Origin: Lama glama
Lineage: Eukaryota
Assembly: GCA_028534125.1 (NCBI GenBank)
Contig: CM052818.1
Location: 5,644,001-5,708,000, forward strand
Direction of reading: 5' to 3'
DNA: 64,000 nt
The notes under the pieces are model-generated. The model was not told the DNA's origin, searched no databases, and worked only from the letters and a program-made list of their open reading frames with translations. A program made the translations under genes and the position numbers. This document shows, piece after piece, positions 9,321 to 23,489 of this stretch (position 1 is the stretch's first letter; each line of letters opens with the position of its first letter).

Positions 9321-9799
9321 GTACCACCCATCTAGAATATTCCAGATTAAACAGATATCTAAAAATGAGCTGGTTTTGAGCCAGTCACCACTGGCAACAA
9401 CTCTACTGTTGAGTCCAGGAAGAAGCGTGACAAGATTTTGTAGATGAGGGGTTTTGATGACTCTAACTGCTTGTACAGAAAGACAGAAAGAAGGCTACAC
9501 AAAAGGGGGTTCAGTAACTTGAGTTAAAACTTGAGTTATCTCTATTCCAAAGCTTGCCTCCTTCACGCTCGTATTTTCTGATTTCCAAAGACCAGTTCAT
9601 GATAGCCAACTCTGGTTTGAATCCATGACTATCACACCCATAGAAAGATTCCACCTCAGTATGAAAAGGGCTATAAACATTACCTAGCTTGGTCCTTGAC
9701 ATGACGCTCCTCTCTGATATCCCCACCAGGTAGATGGATGGCTTCAGCCGGACTGTTTCTAATTCAGCACTCGCCACCCAACCAGAAAGGCCACTCTAT

Positions 9800-10130
9800 C
9801 CACGGACAAGGTAATTGTTAGAAGGTTCTGCCTTACCTACCAGGACAACTCCTTGGGGTCATTTTTAAACAACTCTAATCTCACATCTTCAGGACAGTCT
9901 TCCAAATATTTTAACTACAGCCACCACACCCCATAGGCTTTGCCCTCTTCTCCCCAGGTTAAACATCCGTGATTCTTAACAAGTTCCTTCTGGGGTTTTG
10001 AGATGACTCAGTCCTTGGACCACTCTCTGCTCGAAAGGCTGAGGTTTGTCCCTGTGCCTGTGAAAGTCTGCGATGGACAACACTGAATGTAGTTATTCCA
10101 GGTCTCCGGGTAGAGGGCAAACACCTCACC
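9800..10130 (-). mobile_element. Ancient L3/CR1 LINE fragment
   Basis: ctcttctccccaggttaaacatcc...aacactgaatgtagttattccagg resembles the recalled CR1/L3 consensus. Confidence 0.5.
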
Positions 10131-12974
10131 GCAGCCTCTTAGTTAAGGGCCCACAGGGCTGAGGTACTGTCTGTTGTCTTTGGGTGGAAATAACCATTTG
10201 TTGTTACTGACAACACAGATGTAGGCCACCTACAGGATATGTAGATACAACGGTAGGAATCCTTTCATTAAATCAAACTTTAAAAACATTGTAAACCTAA
10301 GAACACCTAATCAGTTTGTTCAAACTGCTTGACCACCATTAACATTAGTAGGTGTACCTGGAACTTCTCACTTTTGCAAACTTTAATTAAAACCAGTATT
10401 TGTTTCAATATAATGGACATTATCAACACCTACAGGACATAGTAAATTCTTAAAAGAGTGTTACTGAATTATAATTCCTATACTTATTTGAAACACTTAA
10501 ATTATTACCTGGGGTCATGGTGGACATCTTTATGTGAAAATAACCGAGTAAGTAGCAAAAATATTTTATTTTTAAAAACAACATCATCTTCCGGATCTTG
10601 AAACCATCTCAACATTTGATTCTCTTTAGTGTATTTTATCATTATCCCGTAGTATCTCGTATGCACCCGCTTTGGAATTAGCTACATACAGTAAGGCCAT
10701 GTGTTTAGATGGCTGGGGGTGAATTCAGATAGGAAAACATTTTCCTTCTGGGCAAAGTAATAAAATGACATTCTTGCTCCTCCCACTGTAAGTCAAATGG
10801 AGGTCAGTTCCCCCATCCCTGTATCTGTTTAAATAAACTGGTCCAGCTGTTTGTTTCTAAAATGCCCTTTGACCTTGTATCTCATCCTCCCAGCTTTTGT
10901 GACAGAATGCTTTACTTTCCATTGTGGAAGACTCTAAATTATCGAGAATTTTCTAAACATTGAACCAAAAAAAGACTTTTAGATTTTATGTACACTTATA
11001 TGAACGTATTTCCTTCTTAAAACACTGTCATTTCAAGAAGCATCAGTAAAATACTTATTTTAAACTTCATGTGTGTGCTATGTATGAGCACATAAATATA
11101 CATTAGAGCTTGAACATAAGAAGAAACAGTATCTTGAAGAGAAAAAAAAAAGAAAAACAATGACCAAATTCCAATTTGAATGTACAATAAAAAATACATT
11201 CTCCAACAACCACGAAATAGTTTACGATGAAATATGTCCGTGAAATATACACAATCTTTGAAATTTTCCATATTGATAAGGCCTTTTCAAAAAAGCTTGT
11301 TAGTTTAAAGATGTTAAGAAAAAACTTTTCACGATTTTGCAACTGATGTCCAAACATTACAGCCTTTTCAAACTCGGATGTATCACGTCAGGAAAACATG
11401 ACAATGGGACAGTGTTTCTTACTCATTAAAAGAGCTTCACAGCTTGGTTTGGTGGAATATAGCTCAGATTTGCCATGGATTGGGCATTTTGCAAGATAAT
11501 CCTTTTAGTTAGAAGTATCCTTTAAGGTTGAGAAATATCCTGCTTGCATTTCTAGATTTCATTCCAAACACCAAGGTATATGTTTTTAAAAATCCCATTT
11601 TGCTTTGAAAACACAAATCTTCTTTTATGAAGTATGTTTTAAGGACTAGACACCCTATGGTTGGTAGGAAACTGAATTAGAGAAAGAATTCTTAAATTTC
11701 CTTTTTTCGTAGAATCATGGATTAGAATTTCTTCCTGCGACCAAACTGTCTCCTTTCTCAAAACAAGTTTTACAAAGGAAAGGAAGATAATGGATTGGCT
11801 TTATAGCTTCTTTCCATGTCAAAATAAACAGAGATGTATTTCTTTTTACCTAGCTATTTGTTTGGGATTCAGGTCCTAGTGAGGGGGGTGGGAGGTGAAA
11901 AGGGGAGCAAAATCTTCAAATATCTGAGACATGGAATCACCTAAAAGCTGAATTTTATTATTTGCGTTTTTCAAAAGGAATCAGGCAAGGAGAATGGGGC
12001 ATGAATCCTCAGTTATGCTAAAAAGAAATACAGGAAGTTTTTGCTTTATTCTTTTTTTCTTTGTCCCTAGATGTTTATTTATCATTCACCACCCCCCCCA
12101 CCCTTTTTTTTTCATTCTGCTAATTCCATCTATCTCTTTCTTCCTCAGTCTTTGGGTATCTGAATAGTTTTCTGAACAAGAGCTGGTAGAACAGCTTTCT
12201 AAAGCTGACCTTTGTCCTTTAGTTTATCCTCCCCTTCTTGCCCTGGTTCCTTCCCACAAAACTGGCTTGTTAAATTTCGTTTCCTCTTTGTAAGAATCAG
12301 GAGGGGTGGAGAGACCCTCATCGGCACCCGTTAGGACCAAACACCAGGTATATTTGTTCAGTTCCAAGGGTGACTTTCCCACAAGGCTTTGCCCTCTCCC
12401 CATCCTCTTCCACCCTCAGTCCTCCTTGCATGGTTCTCCATCATCCTGACAAAAGTAAGGAGAAATTATGTGCTGACTTTCAGGAATGGATTTCTCACCT
12501 TTATTCTATTTCTCCGTGTTGACCACACGACTTACTCACTGATGATTTAGGGGAGCCCATATCTGGTGACTGTAACACGCCACAACCAACTCAGGAAACC
12601 ACATAAAATCAAAATGCTGTTGTTTCTAAACAATGACGTGACCCTCAGTCATCCTCATGGTGCTTCTTGCCAACTAGGTGTAAGTAAATAGCAGGAAGGT
12701 AGGCGCCCACTGAAGTATGGCACCTAAGGAGAAATGCCATTTTGCAACACCCTCCTTTGCCCAAGAAGCTAAAATTATCAACTATCAGAAAAAGATTTCA
12801 TTAAATGACAGGATATGTTAAGTAGAAAATGCCTTCTCTACCTATGCTGTCCATTAAAGAAAGTATTAATTACAGTCATCCTGATTACTCTTCAGGTATA
12901 CTTGATGCTTACACACATCCTTAATAATCAAAATTAATATCATGCATTCTTAAGTACTGATTTCTGCATGCAGT

Positions 12975-13090
12975 ATACGTATGTATAACTGAGTTACCAC
13001 ACTGTACACTAGAAATTAACACAACATTGTAAACCGATACTTCAATAAGAAAAAATACAATAATAAAATAAAACATATAAACAAAAACAT
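12975..13090 (+). mobile_element. L1 3' end fragment (artiodactyl-type) with A-rich tail
   Basis: gtataactgagttaccacactgtacactagaaattaacacaacattgtaaaccgatacttcaat followed by an A-rich tail. Confidence 0.8.
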
Positions 13091-14661
13091 TTTTTTCCAC
13101 ATTGGAAAGCAGTTGCTGAATTCCAGAATTCAGTTCTTTCTTTTTTCATGAGTTTTCTTGCTGAAGCGTTTCTCTCAACTTTATCGCAGTCATTTAAATA
13201 AAACTCTATATGCTACTTTTTTTTTTTTTAAGTCAGCATTTCCTAGTAACTTTAAGGCCTGTCTTATAAACAAACTCCTCAGGGAATGAGTTCTAGCTAT
13301 CTCCCACATAACTCTCTGTTCTTTTTAACAAGAAATCAACTTCCAAATCTTGGGTTGGAATTCTTCATTTTAGATTTACATTCACTTATTGGATTTAATG
13401 ATCCGTAACTGGCAGTCTTCGGGGTTCAAGCCTTCTACACTCCCTTTGTGAAGTGAAATTTCATGAAACATGATTTTAAGACGCTCAAGAAAGTTGACTC
13501 AATCTCCAGTCAAACCTTATGAAATCATGTTTTTGGCACTTTCTTCTCGTTTCTCAGCCTCCTCCAGGATCCAGCAGTTCCAGGACTGCAATACATCATC
13601 TGTGTGTCTGAGGGCGGGGGAGGTGCCTGAACCCAAGGGGAGAAAGGAGCACGTGCTCTGCCCTCCATCCGCTCTAGAAATGTAACGTTGGAATTTGCTC
13701 AGATCACAAAAATCCCAACAACCAGAGGTCCCAGACAGTCCCCCTTCTCTAGAAGTGATAGGTGTATTTGCCAAACTACTCTAGAAAACACTGAAGCTAA
13801 ACCAATGGAGGAAGTTAATTACATACAAAATCGAAGCAGCTGGTGAAAAGAAAAAATCACTAATTACTTGAAAATTATAATGCCAAGTAAAAACAAAACC
13901 CAAGTATTATTTTGGACTTCCTAATGTTAAAATAATTTGGCAAATACTTCATCGCTTGGTTATATATTACAGAAAGTTTTCCTTGAAAGCAAATTGTAAA
14001 ATGATTTTTTTTTTTGCTCTAAAAAAAGAAAAAAGCTCAGCTTGTGAAATCCTTTCATCTGAATTCAAAGCAAGGGGACTCCCTTCGTGGTGGAGGGGGT
14101 CTCTGTGTTGCTCTATTATGCTTGTTACCTTCTGGATCACTAAAACCCTAGGCTCCGGACCCAGTGGAATGATCGTGGAGATACATCACTAGACCTAGCG
14201 TGAGAAATACCCAGTAGTCACACATAACTTAAGTACCACTGACAAGCATCCAGGTAAGGCACAGATAACAAAATGGCATTTATAACATATTTACTTAAGT
14301 GTGACCGACAGTTTGCCAAATTTGACTTTGTATAACCTTACAAATATTAAAAAAAAAAGTGGTTTACTTAAAGTGTATGAAATTACAGTGATTACTAGCA
14401 CAATGTATAAGCAATAGAATGATCCAGGATAATACAGCAAAACCTCCTTGACTAATGAAAAGCTAAATTGTGCATAATGAAATCTTCAACGAATACACGT
14501 GTCTCTGATTTATGCTAAACAATTTTCCATATAAATTCTAATTTTCCCATATTCACAAAAGTCAATCAAATCACATCTAATTAAACATCCCTTAAATATT
14601 ACAGAATAAATACATAGTTATTTAAAACAAATCTTAATTTTCAGCCCATCTCCATTATAAG

Positions 14662-14958
14662 AGGGATAACCAGATAATTTATCTTCTAGACTGGGACATT
14701 TTTGAGAGTAAAGGGACATTCTTAATAATTATGCTGAATAACCTAGAATGAAAAAGAATATGAAAAAGTATATATATTATATATATATATATATACACAT
14801 ATATATATATATAACTGAGTCACTATGCTGTATGCCAGAAACCAACACAACATTGTAAATCAACTATACTTCAATAAAAAAATAATGAGAATTTTGTTGG
14901 ACAGCAGGCATAAACCACGAAGGTCCAACCCAATTGGTACGTGTAGGGGCCATCTTAT
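14662..14958. mobile_element. MER94-like hAT DNA transposon split by an L1 insertion
   Basis: Left part agggataaccagataatttatc...ttttgagagtaaaggg...aataattatgctg; right part gacagcaggcataaacc...ggccatctta. Confidence 0.55.
14737..14889 (+). mobile_element. L1 3' end fragment with internal (TA)n
   Basis: gaaaaagaatatgaaaaag(ta)n actgagtcactatgctgtatgccagaaaccaacacaacattgtaaatcaactatacttcaataaaaaa. Confidence 0.85.
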
Positions 14959-15859
14959 TGACGAAATATATACTTTCCTCTCAAATAGAACTTCCCCTGA
15001 GTGACTGCAATTGAAACCTTTTTGTGTTAGGATGGTGACCAGCCCCGACATGCATTTGGTGTCCTAGAATCCCGCACCATCTTGGAGTATCTCCCAGTCC
15101 TTTCCTTTCTCTAGCATCTCTCCTTTAGTCCTCTCAGCTCCCTAAGCCCTCACTAACCAAAAACTTCCTAGGCCTGGTGTCCCCACCCGTGCCAAGGGAA
15201 GAGATCTCAAAGTTTAGCTTCACTTCTTTTTTTAACCTGATTAGGCTGGACCTGAATGGAGGCCTGTGTCTATTCCTTAGAATGTTCACCGTAACTTCTG
15301 TTTCAATTAGTAAAGCTTGAAACCCAAGCACTACGCAACGTATATCCATAGGTAACCTGTCGGCCCTTAAATACAAATGGAACCACTCAGACTAAAAGGC
15401 AACACCTCCCAAAGGCAAATTGAGGTGTATGACAAAAGCTTTCAGATGAGGACAATAAAACCAACAAAATGGCCTCCTCTTGGAACTTGTCAAATCTTTG
15501 AAAAATGCTTATGGTCATCTTAAGTCGCAGTGGGGAAAGTCTGGAGAATGTACGTTTCACTTCTGAGTTGTTTCTTTGAACATCGTCGCTCATAATTATC
15601 ACAGTCCACACACCGGCCAAGGGCAGGGAGAGTCAGAGCAGGGTCCAGCGGGAGGGGGAGGAGAAGTGAGCAGGGAAACTGCCGCTCGCTCTCTCGCTCT
15701 GAGATCACAGCGGGATTTACGTGCTGGGACTGTGACGATCCTCCGTGAGTTAACGTTTCAGGAAAAGTGCTTTGCAAATTGTAAAAGCTAAGAGAGGTTT
15801 GCTGAGGCTACTGCTGTTATGATTCTCAAAAATACTGAACGGTGCAAAAACTTACACAG

Positions 15860-16320
15860 AAATTCTTACAGCAGCAAAAGATGGAAACAACCCAAATGTC
15901 CACCAGTGGATGAATCAATAAAGGAAATGTGGTATATCCAGACAACGGAACATTATTCACCAATAAAGAGGAATGAAGTATGACACACACTACAACGTGA
16001 ATGAAACTTGAAAACACAGTGCCAAGTGAAGGAAGCCCATCACGAAAGAACACAGATTATCTGATCACTTTTATGTGAGCCGTCCAGAATAGGCAAGTCC
16101 ACAGAAACAGAAAGCGGACTGACTAGTGGCAGCGTCAGGGATGGAAGACAGGGGAGGGGTACCAGGTTTCTTTATGAGGTGGTGAAAATGTTCTAAAATT
16201 GACTGTGGGGATGGTTGGCATGTAGCTGTGAATAGACTTAAAACCCCTGAACTGTACACTTTAAATGGGTGAATTGCATGGTATGTGAATTATATCTCAA
16301 TAAAGCTGTTAAAAATAAAT
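15860..16320 (+). mobile_element. Old L1M (L1MB-like) 3' fragment
   Basis: ggaaacaacccaaatgtccaccagtggatgaat...tgtacactttaaatgggtgaattgcatggtatgtgaattatatctcaataaagctgtt. Confidence 0.85.
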
Positions 16321-18924
16321 ACATAATGGTGGAATTCCAGAAGCATTGGACCAGGAATCAGCCCCGTCCTTGCCTCTAATTAGCAGGGTTAACATTATAA
16401 GGCCCAGGGCCTCATCTGTCAAATGGCGCATAAAATCCTCTCCAGAACTTGGACTCTGTCGTTCCATAGATGTGTTTCTAAAATTTTCATCCCTGCTCCC
16501 TTTCGATAAACTTCAGAATCTCCTACGCCTTTGTCATTTGCTATTTCAGAAGAAATAGAAGGACTAAAATTGAAAGTTAATTCTCAATATGCTTTTTTAT
16601 GCTACATTCGCTCAGGATGATTTCGATGTGCCTTTTCTGGCCCGCCACTCCCTCTCCGCCCCGTCTCAGTCCCCAAGTTGGGAATCCCTGCCATAAACTG
16701 TTGCACTTTCCTTTCTGTAAACAGTCCTGCCAGGTGACCAGCCATGGGGGCTGAAACCTGACATCTCTGGACACATACACTTCTTTCCGTTAGCTTTTCA
16801 ACATCTCCTACTTCCTGCCCTTTCCAAGTCCATATGAACTCTGACCCAAACTGGGGATCAAATGAAGTCACCCATGTTCTAGTGTTCTAGTGATCCAGGC
16901 CAACAAAACCCTTCAACTAAACAACAGCCCTCAAAACTGCCGCTTACATTCAAATCAGCATCCCAGAGTAGAACACACTGGAAACTTAAATATATCTTTT
17001 TTTAAATCATGGTACATTTCATTCCACCCCCCAGGCAATATACTAGTCTTCAAAACTCAGGACCTAATCAATATTAAGGCAGATGTCTCCCACGACAGGA
17101 AATATGTGTTTGAGCTAAGGAACACTTAAGAATCCGAGACCAGTAATTCCCACGGGCCTGAAGGAGTTAATGTATTTGAGAAAGGAAGTGCTTTTTCCCT
17201 TCTTCAGTGATGGGATCTAATCTTGTGAAGCATTAGGCCTTTAGCCACATTTGTTAAGAGGGTGGAAAGAAGAAAGGAGCTTTCAAGGATGGGAACAGAT
17301 TAAGGGTTTTTTTGTTTGTTTGTTTATTTGTGATTGTTCAGGTGTCAAGAGCCCAATAGAGTTAATTATTTCCCATATTCATGGGTCAGGTTTAAATGCT
17401 TCATGAGAATAGAAATAAAATGAGGAAAACGTCAAGGGCTTTGATTGGGAGAGCCCTGTATTTGCCAGTTACAAGCATCCATGTTGAAGGAGTGGTTGGT
17501 ATTTTTGGTTGGTATTGCTATTACTATTTTTTTAATGTTCTCTTTCCCTTTAAAAATTAAAAAAAAAAAAAAGCAGCCAAACCTGAAGCGTCTACACAGA
17601 GCTCCAGGCATTTACATGTTGGAGCCACATAGAGCAGATCCAAGACGGTGTTTGCCCCCAGAAAGACTTCCTTCCCCCACACCCTTGGCTCCTCTCCATT
17701 TCCGAGAAAACTGTTTTATTCAACAAGGAGGCAACATTTGCCCCAGTTTTTAATTTACTATTTCAGGCTGATTTTTTTCACCACTCAGAAATGCTGTTTA
17801 TTTTCTGTAGGTGCAGCCTGAAGCAAGAGGATGATGTAAGGGAGAGGGGAGAGGGGTCTCCGGGAGCACCGCTCCGCGCCCCAGTGCTCCGCGGCTAATC
17901 GTCCAACACCAGCCCCAGCAACTGTTGACACAAAATAGGTGGAGATCAGGTCTGTGCAAGCAGAAAATACCAGAAAGGCAAACTCTATGTAAACACACTT
18001 AAGACAGATTTGACAAGAATAGACCTAAACCTGACTTGCTAGGAAACTCCTCAAGTCTCGAGCTTCAGGGTCCCTCTCTGCTGAACTGGCTCCCCGCACA
18101 AAGTTTGCTTTGAGAAGAAAAAGGGTAACATTTTCCAAACTAAAATCAGCTTACAGAAGACAGCTGGGACATTCGTCCCCTTGATTCACATGGTGTGAGT
18201 TTCGAATCTGCTTCTACATGCAGGATTTATGTAATGTAATACGAATCTTCCAGGTAAACCTGGAGCAGAGCCAAATGAGAGGGAGAGAGAGAGATGGAAA
18301 AAAAAAAAAAAAACCCAGCATGTGCAAACAACCACAATTCAAAAAGTTATTTCTCCTGACCTATAAAACTCCTGCAAAGAAGCAAATGGATAATGCTTAA
18401 ACAGTCTTTTAATCTTATCTAACTGACACCTGACAACCCATTACTTATAGATTATTAATGCACCCACTAAAAAGTTTGTCATGTACAAAATTACTAGAGA
18501 AAAAGATTGAACGCCTGAGGGAAAAACAAATTTTGCTCTACCATAACTTCAGAAATTCCAAGCCTATTATCTGTCATGCCCTTCACAGACGCGTAGCGCA
18601 CTGCTAAAAACAACTGATTTATCTTTATTATGAATCCGAAAGTGACAGCACACATGTTTTTCATGTCTTGCGATAATGTTTAATTCCATCTAGTTTTTAT
18701 TTTACAGTGCTTGATGTGCTTATTTAAGACGAAGAAAAGTAACAACTTTTTAATGAATTGTCCTGTTTGCCTCTTTATCAAAGGACTTGTTTTCTTTCTT
18801 TCTTTTCTTTCTTTCTTTATTTATTCTTTGCCACTCCTAATGTGAAACCAGGATCAAAATCAGTTTCAGAACATTCACCTTGCTTCTCTTTGGTTCACTT
18901 TTTTTGGGGTTGTTGTTTTCGTTT

Positions 18925-19105
18925 TGGGTTTTGGGGTTTTTTTTTCCCCCATGTTTTAATTGAAGTATAGTCGATTTATAAAGTTGTGTTAATTTCTGGT
19001 CTACAGCATTGTGATCCAGTTATACACACACATCTATATATTCCCTTTCATGTTCTTTTTCGTTATAGGCTATGACAAAGTATTGGCTATCATTCCCTGG
19101 GTTAT
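18925..19105 (-). mobile_element. L1 3' end fragment
   Basis: T-rich tail then ttgaagtatagtcgatttataaagttgtgttaatttctggtctacagca, the reverse complement of the same L1 end seen at 14.8 kb. Confidence 0.85.
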
Positions 19106-19119
19106 ATACCGCCTAGAAT

Positions 19120-19270
19120 ATTAGGCTGGAAGAGTCCTCAGTCCTACCTGCCCATTTAAGACAGAGGAAGCTGTTGCCATGGAGATAAAGTGACTTGACG
19201 AAGGACACACATCTAATTGGTGAGGAGTGGGGATGCCAGATGACATGACTGGGCCCCCGTGTTCTTTCCC
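19120..19270 (-). mobile_element. MIR SINE fragment
   Basis: catttaagacagaggaagctgttgccatggagataaagtgacttgacgaaggacacacatctaattggtg. Confidence 0.55.
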
Positions 19271-22200
19271 CTGCATATTCCCTCCCCTTAGTCGCCCTGT
19301 GTAAACTGTGTGCTGTCGTGACGCTTACAGGGAGATTTGCTCCTCAGCCACCTGTGGATGCCGGGGCTCCCTCCCCTTGACCGAGGTGCCCCTGAGCGCC
19401 TCGCTTCCCATGCCCTCCACAAGTAAACAGGAGTCAGGTCCTGCTCTGCGGGCTGCGTGACGCCCATGGAGTTCTTTCCCCTTCTCTGACCCAATACTTG
19501 TGCCAAGATGCTGAAAACAATAAATCTGCTTAATTCGGACTTGCAGCAACTCCTGCTGACCTCCACACCACTGGCAAAGTCAACCACCACACCGCTGGTT
19601 GTGCTGCCTTGAAAGGAGACACTGGGTTCCTGGTGGACTCAGTCTCCCACCTACGTCACTCAGCTCTGAGCCTCACCTGAACCCCAACCCTAAATGGTCC
19701 TGAACCACTCCTCAGGTGGTACCAACTCTCAGCTGCAGGCATCACATTCTTATCTTGTCCTGAAAAGCTAAGGAACTGCCTTTGAATGTTGGCTGGAGGA
19801 GAAACAGCAGTTACACAAAACAGTGTTTGGACTTTCACATTCACCTTCCTCCAACCCACCCCTTCCTGTTTCTCTTCTCACCTAGCCTCAAGGTACCATG
19901 GTGGAAGGGGCAGGGTTTTTTTTCCATCCACTGCAGTGGGCCAACACCTACCCCTTCAGAAGGACTTTCCATCTTTCCCAGTATTAATGATGTGATTGAA
20001 CACAGAGGGGGGAAATTTCTGAGTAAACGTGGGGAGTGAAACTTACAACACAGTATACTTGAACAGACGGCAGAGTCGTTTTCAAAGAGGATTGTTTGCT
20101 GGAAATTTTTAAAAATCTGCAGACAAAAGCAGCGTCTCTGTTGAAGTCCTAAGACTCTCTGACATGACAATACCTGAAGGTTTCAAAATTCGCAGCTTTT
20201 TCCCTGCAAGCTATGGGCTCACCTTTTCCTAATAATGCCTTGCCTGCCTGGCGCCTCGCCAGCTCTGTCTCCGGCAATATGCAAGCTAAACATTTTTTGA
20301 CTGATTTCAATATTTTCTCATGAGCAACTAGACAGTATTTTATCTAGTGAGTATTACTGATTGCTATAATCTAAGCCCAGAGTGAGTGCCTGTACAGGTA
20401 ATATTATTAGAACTGACACTCAAGGTGAAGAGCCTAGCAATTAACTGTGGCTTGGAAGACAACAACCCGTTTGAAACATGCTGGAGAGGTGTTCTGTTTC
20501 CAGTTCTCTGTCTCTTCCTTCTTGTTTTAAGAATTTTGCACCTGTTACTCCATTGATCCATTAGGAGGTCTACCTTAAATGTAGGTTACACTCAGATTCT
20601 CAAGGGAAAATGTTAACCCACCTGCTTAATAAAATTACCTTTGTGTGTGAAGTTGTCCCGTCCCTAGGTGATGCTCAGGCAAGGAAAATCACCACGCACC
20701 CTGTACTTTCGTTTTGCAGCTAAATAGGAAACAAATGACTCAGGACTCCTTGCTTGGTGCGCTGCTCTTTTTCTTACATCTGTTTTCCTTGCTTGTGTGT
20801 CATGCCTCTGTTTAGTTTTATTGACAAAACAATCTGTGCCTAATGTTTAAACAACATCTGTAAAATGTATTATTAAATTATGTTAGAAGCAAAAGCAGAG
20901 CAATTCTATGAAACCCTATGACCCCCTATTGATTTTTAGATCTCAGAAGTTGAAAGGATAATTTGTGAATGTTTTAACATTTACATCCACACAGGTACCT
21001 ATATTTATAGCATCTTTGATTACTTATAAAAGTATTTGCTATATTATTACCATAACTCAGAAAGAAACTTGACCTTTAACAGTTGAATCTGTTTATTATA
21101 ATAAGGGCGATCCTATTTTTTGAAAGTAAGTTTATATTTTTACCTGCTGGTGGCATAAATCTCCAAGGATAACAGCTTTTCCCCCCAACGGCAATAAATG
21201 GGAAGTGATGCCTGAATGCTTTGCAGTTTTGAAGGCAATAAATGAAGTAAGTAGGGAAATCTGGTGTGTGTGCTAAATCTGAGAACTGTACCGCTGTGGT
21301 GGTTCTGTAAAGTGTCACCTCGGAGGTTAGGGTCTGCACCCTACTGATGGAGAGTGATTTTTCTCTCCACATACAGGCTGTATTTCACATAAATTGTGTA
21401 TTTTGCACCTAAGACTCATATTGCTTTGTCAGAGAGGGTAAAGGAATAAACATTTAACACGAGGCCTTAATGGGAAAGTGTTTGGATGAGAAAAGGTAAA
21501 CAAAGAAACTGTCATATTTCTTCAGTACACCCTAGGCTAGAACTCTGCTGAGGCAGGATGTGTCTGAGGCATCCAGCAAATAAGATATCATCGCAGGCAC
21601 AAGTTTTCATCAGACAGAATTCCCAAGTCTGCAACCTGGCTGTGAAAACATATAAGGGAATTTTTATTTGAACCATTTTACACTCATATTTTCAATATAA
21701 AAAAATAAAGTTGATCCATTCAGGAAAGAAAGAACCCACTATTGGCTTTGTGTGTGTGTGTGTTTTCGTCAAAGTTCTACTTCCCTATTGAAAGACCTAC
21801 ATAACCATCTAATCTTAAAATTTATGAAGTACCTGCCTGAATGACCGAAACAGTCAGCGTATCAGTAATATATTTTCACTGATGTAACAGAAGTATTTAT
21901 CGAACCCACAACAACCAACAAGAAGACAAAAGCCCCCAGTGCTATTATTTATCGTTTTGGGGCCAAATCATAATTGGGAGTGAGGAAGCAAACGACAGAG
22001 ACTACATGCATTTATAGCACATACTGCATTTCAAAAATTATTACGCTTTAAGTCTAGGTCTGCCACAGCATGCTAGATTAAAATTTTTAGACAGTGATGA
22101 AGGTTGACTTTTTAAAAAACATGCAGTTGCCTCAAATGCTTGGATAATTTAGGCAGAAATATTTTTACACAAATTATTTGCATAATTGACTCAATTCTCC

Positions 22201-23489
22201 AAAAATGTATGTATTGGCATAGACTTGTCCTGGGATGTCTCATCTAATAAATTTCACATTCCATCCCAGGACCCAATGCCTACACGTCCTAAAAGCAACC
22301 ATTTGAAGATTCCTCCTCTCTCTTTTCATTCTGACAAGTAGACTCAATATCAAAAATTAACAGTTATTTCTTTTCATCCAGGTTTTCTCTTCACTAATCA
22401 AACACGCCTTGCTGTTTTACATTGAAATTCTCCCTGTTAGCCCCTCTCCTCACCTAATCCCATCTGCTTTGTCCTTAGTTAGCCAAGGTGGGTAATATAG
22501 ATTACTTACGTCAATGAAAGATGCGTAAAATTAGTTCAGCCATGGAATGAAAGGATCATTACAACGCACCAGACTTTCCTCATCTCATTTTTCTGTCCAA
22601 ACCTAACTTAAAGCTGCCTCGGCCAGGGTTTCTATGACAAGCTAACAACTGGATGTGAGTTTCTATTTTTCACTTTCATATTGTGTATTTCAACGCATTA
22701 TGCTGCTCCCAATAATTATGACTGATCTACACCCAACCTGCCCTTCAGCATTTTATTAAATCTCTTCAACAGTGACTCATAGTTCATACAAAATGTACAT
22801 GTGTGTTAACAAGTTTTAAGAAACCCAAGAAGGGAGACACACGTCTTTAAATCCTGTGCCTTAATGAAGTGAAGGGGGAGTGCTAAAGTACGCACGAAGT
22901 GGTCTTTTTTTTTTTTTTTCAATTATTATTCCCAGGAGGAAGTCACTTGGGCACGATGCTCAACACAGGAAAAATATCTACAGGCTCTCAAAAAAAGCTC
23001 TGTATAATTTCTTATTAAGATCAAGTAAAATGAAGATCACTAAGAGGTCATGCTGCTTTTTCGTCTTCAAGTCCGCCATCATCGTTTAAGATTTTCTTGC
23101 CTCTTTGAGTACCACCCGGGCTTTTCCTCATTTTTGTATCATCTTTCCTACCCAAAGCCCAAAGAAAAAGAAACCTAGTATCAGCCCCTAAAAAGGAGAA
23201 GGTTTGGATGAAAATTAATATTCTGCTAAAGACTCAAACACAGGAGTGTCATTATTCACCAAACTCAAGAGAAACAGTCTTACAACTTTTAGTTTCTGGA
23301 GGGGAATTCCCTTCCACAAACAGAGCCGTTATAGAGATGAAACAGTTGCCAAATGCAATGGGAAGCAATGAAGTGCAAGCGAGGATGGTTCCTCCTAACT
23401 CCCCACGGAAGCAGAGAACACATGCGCACCACACCTACACGGTGCCAGGTGAGAACGGAATTGGGTTTACATCCCATGGAACGAAGGAA

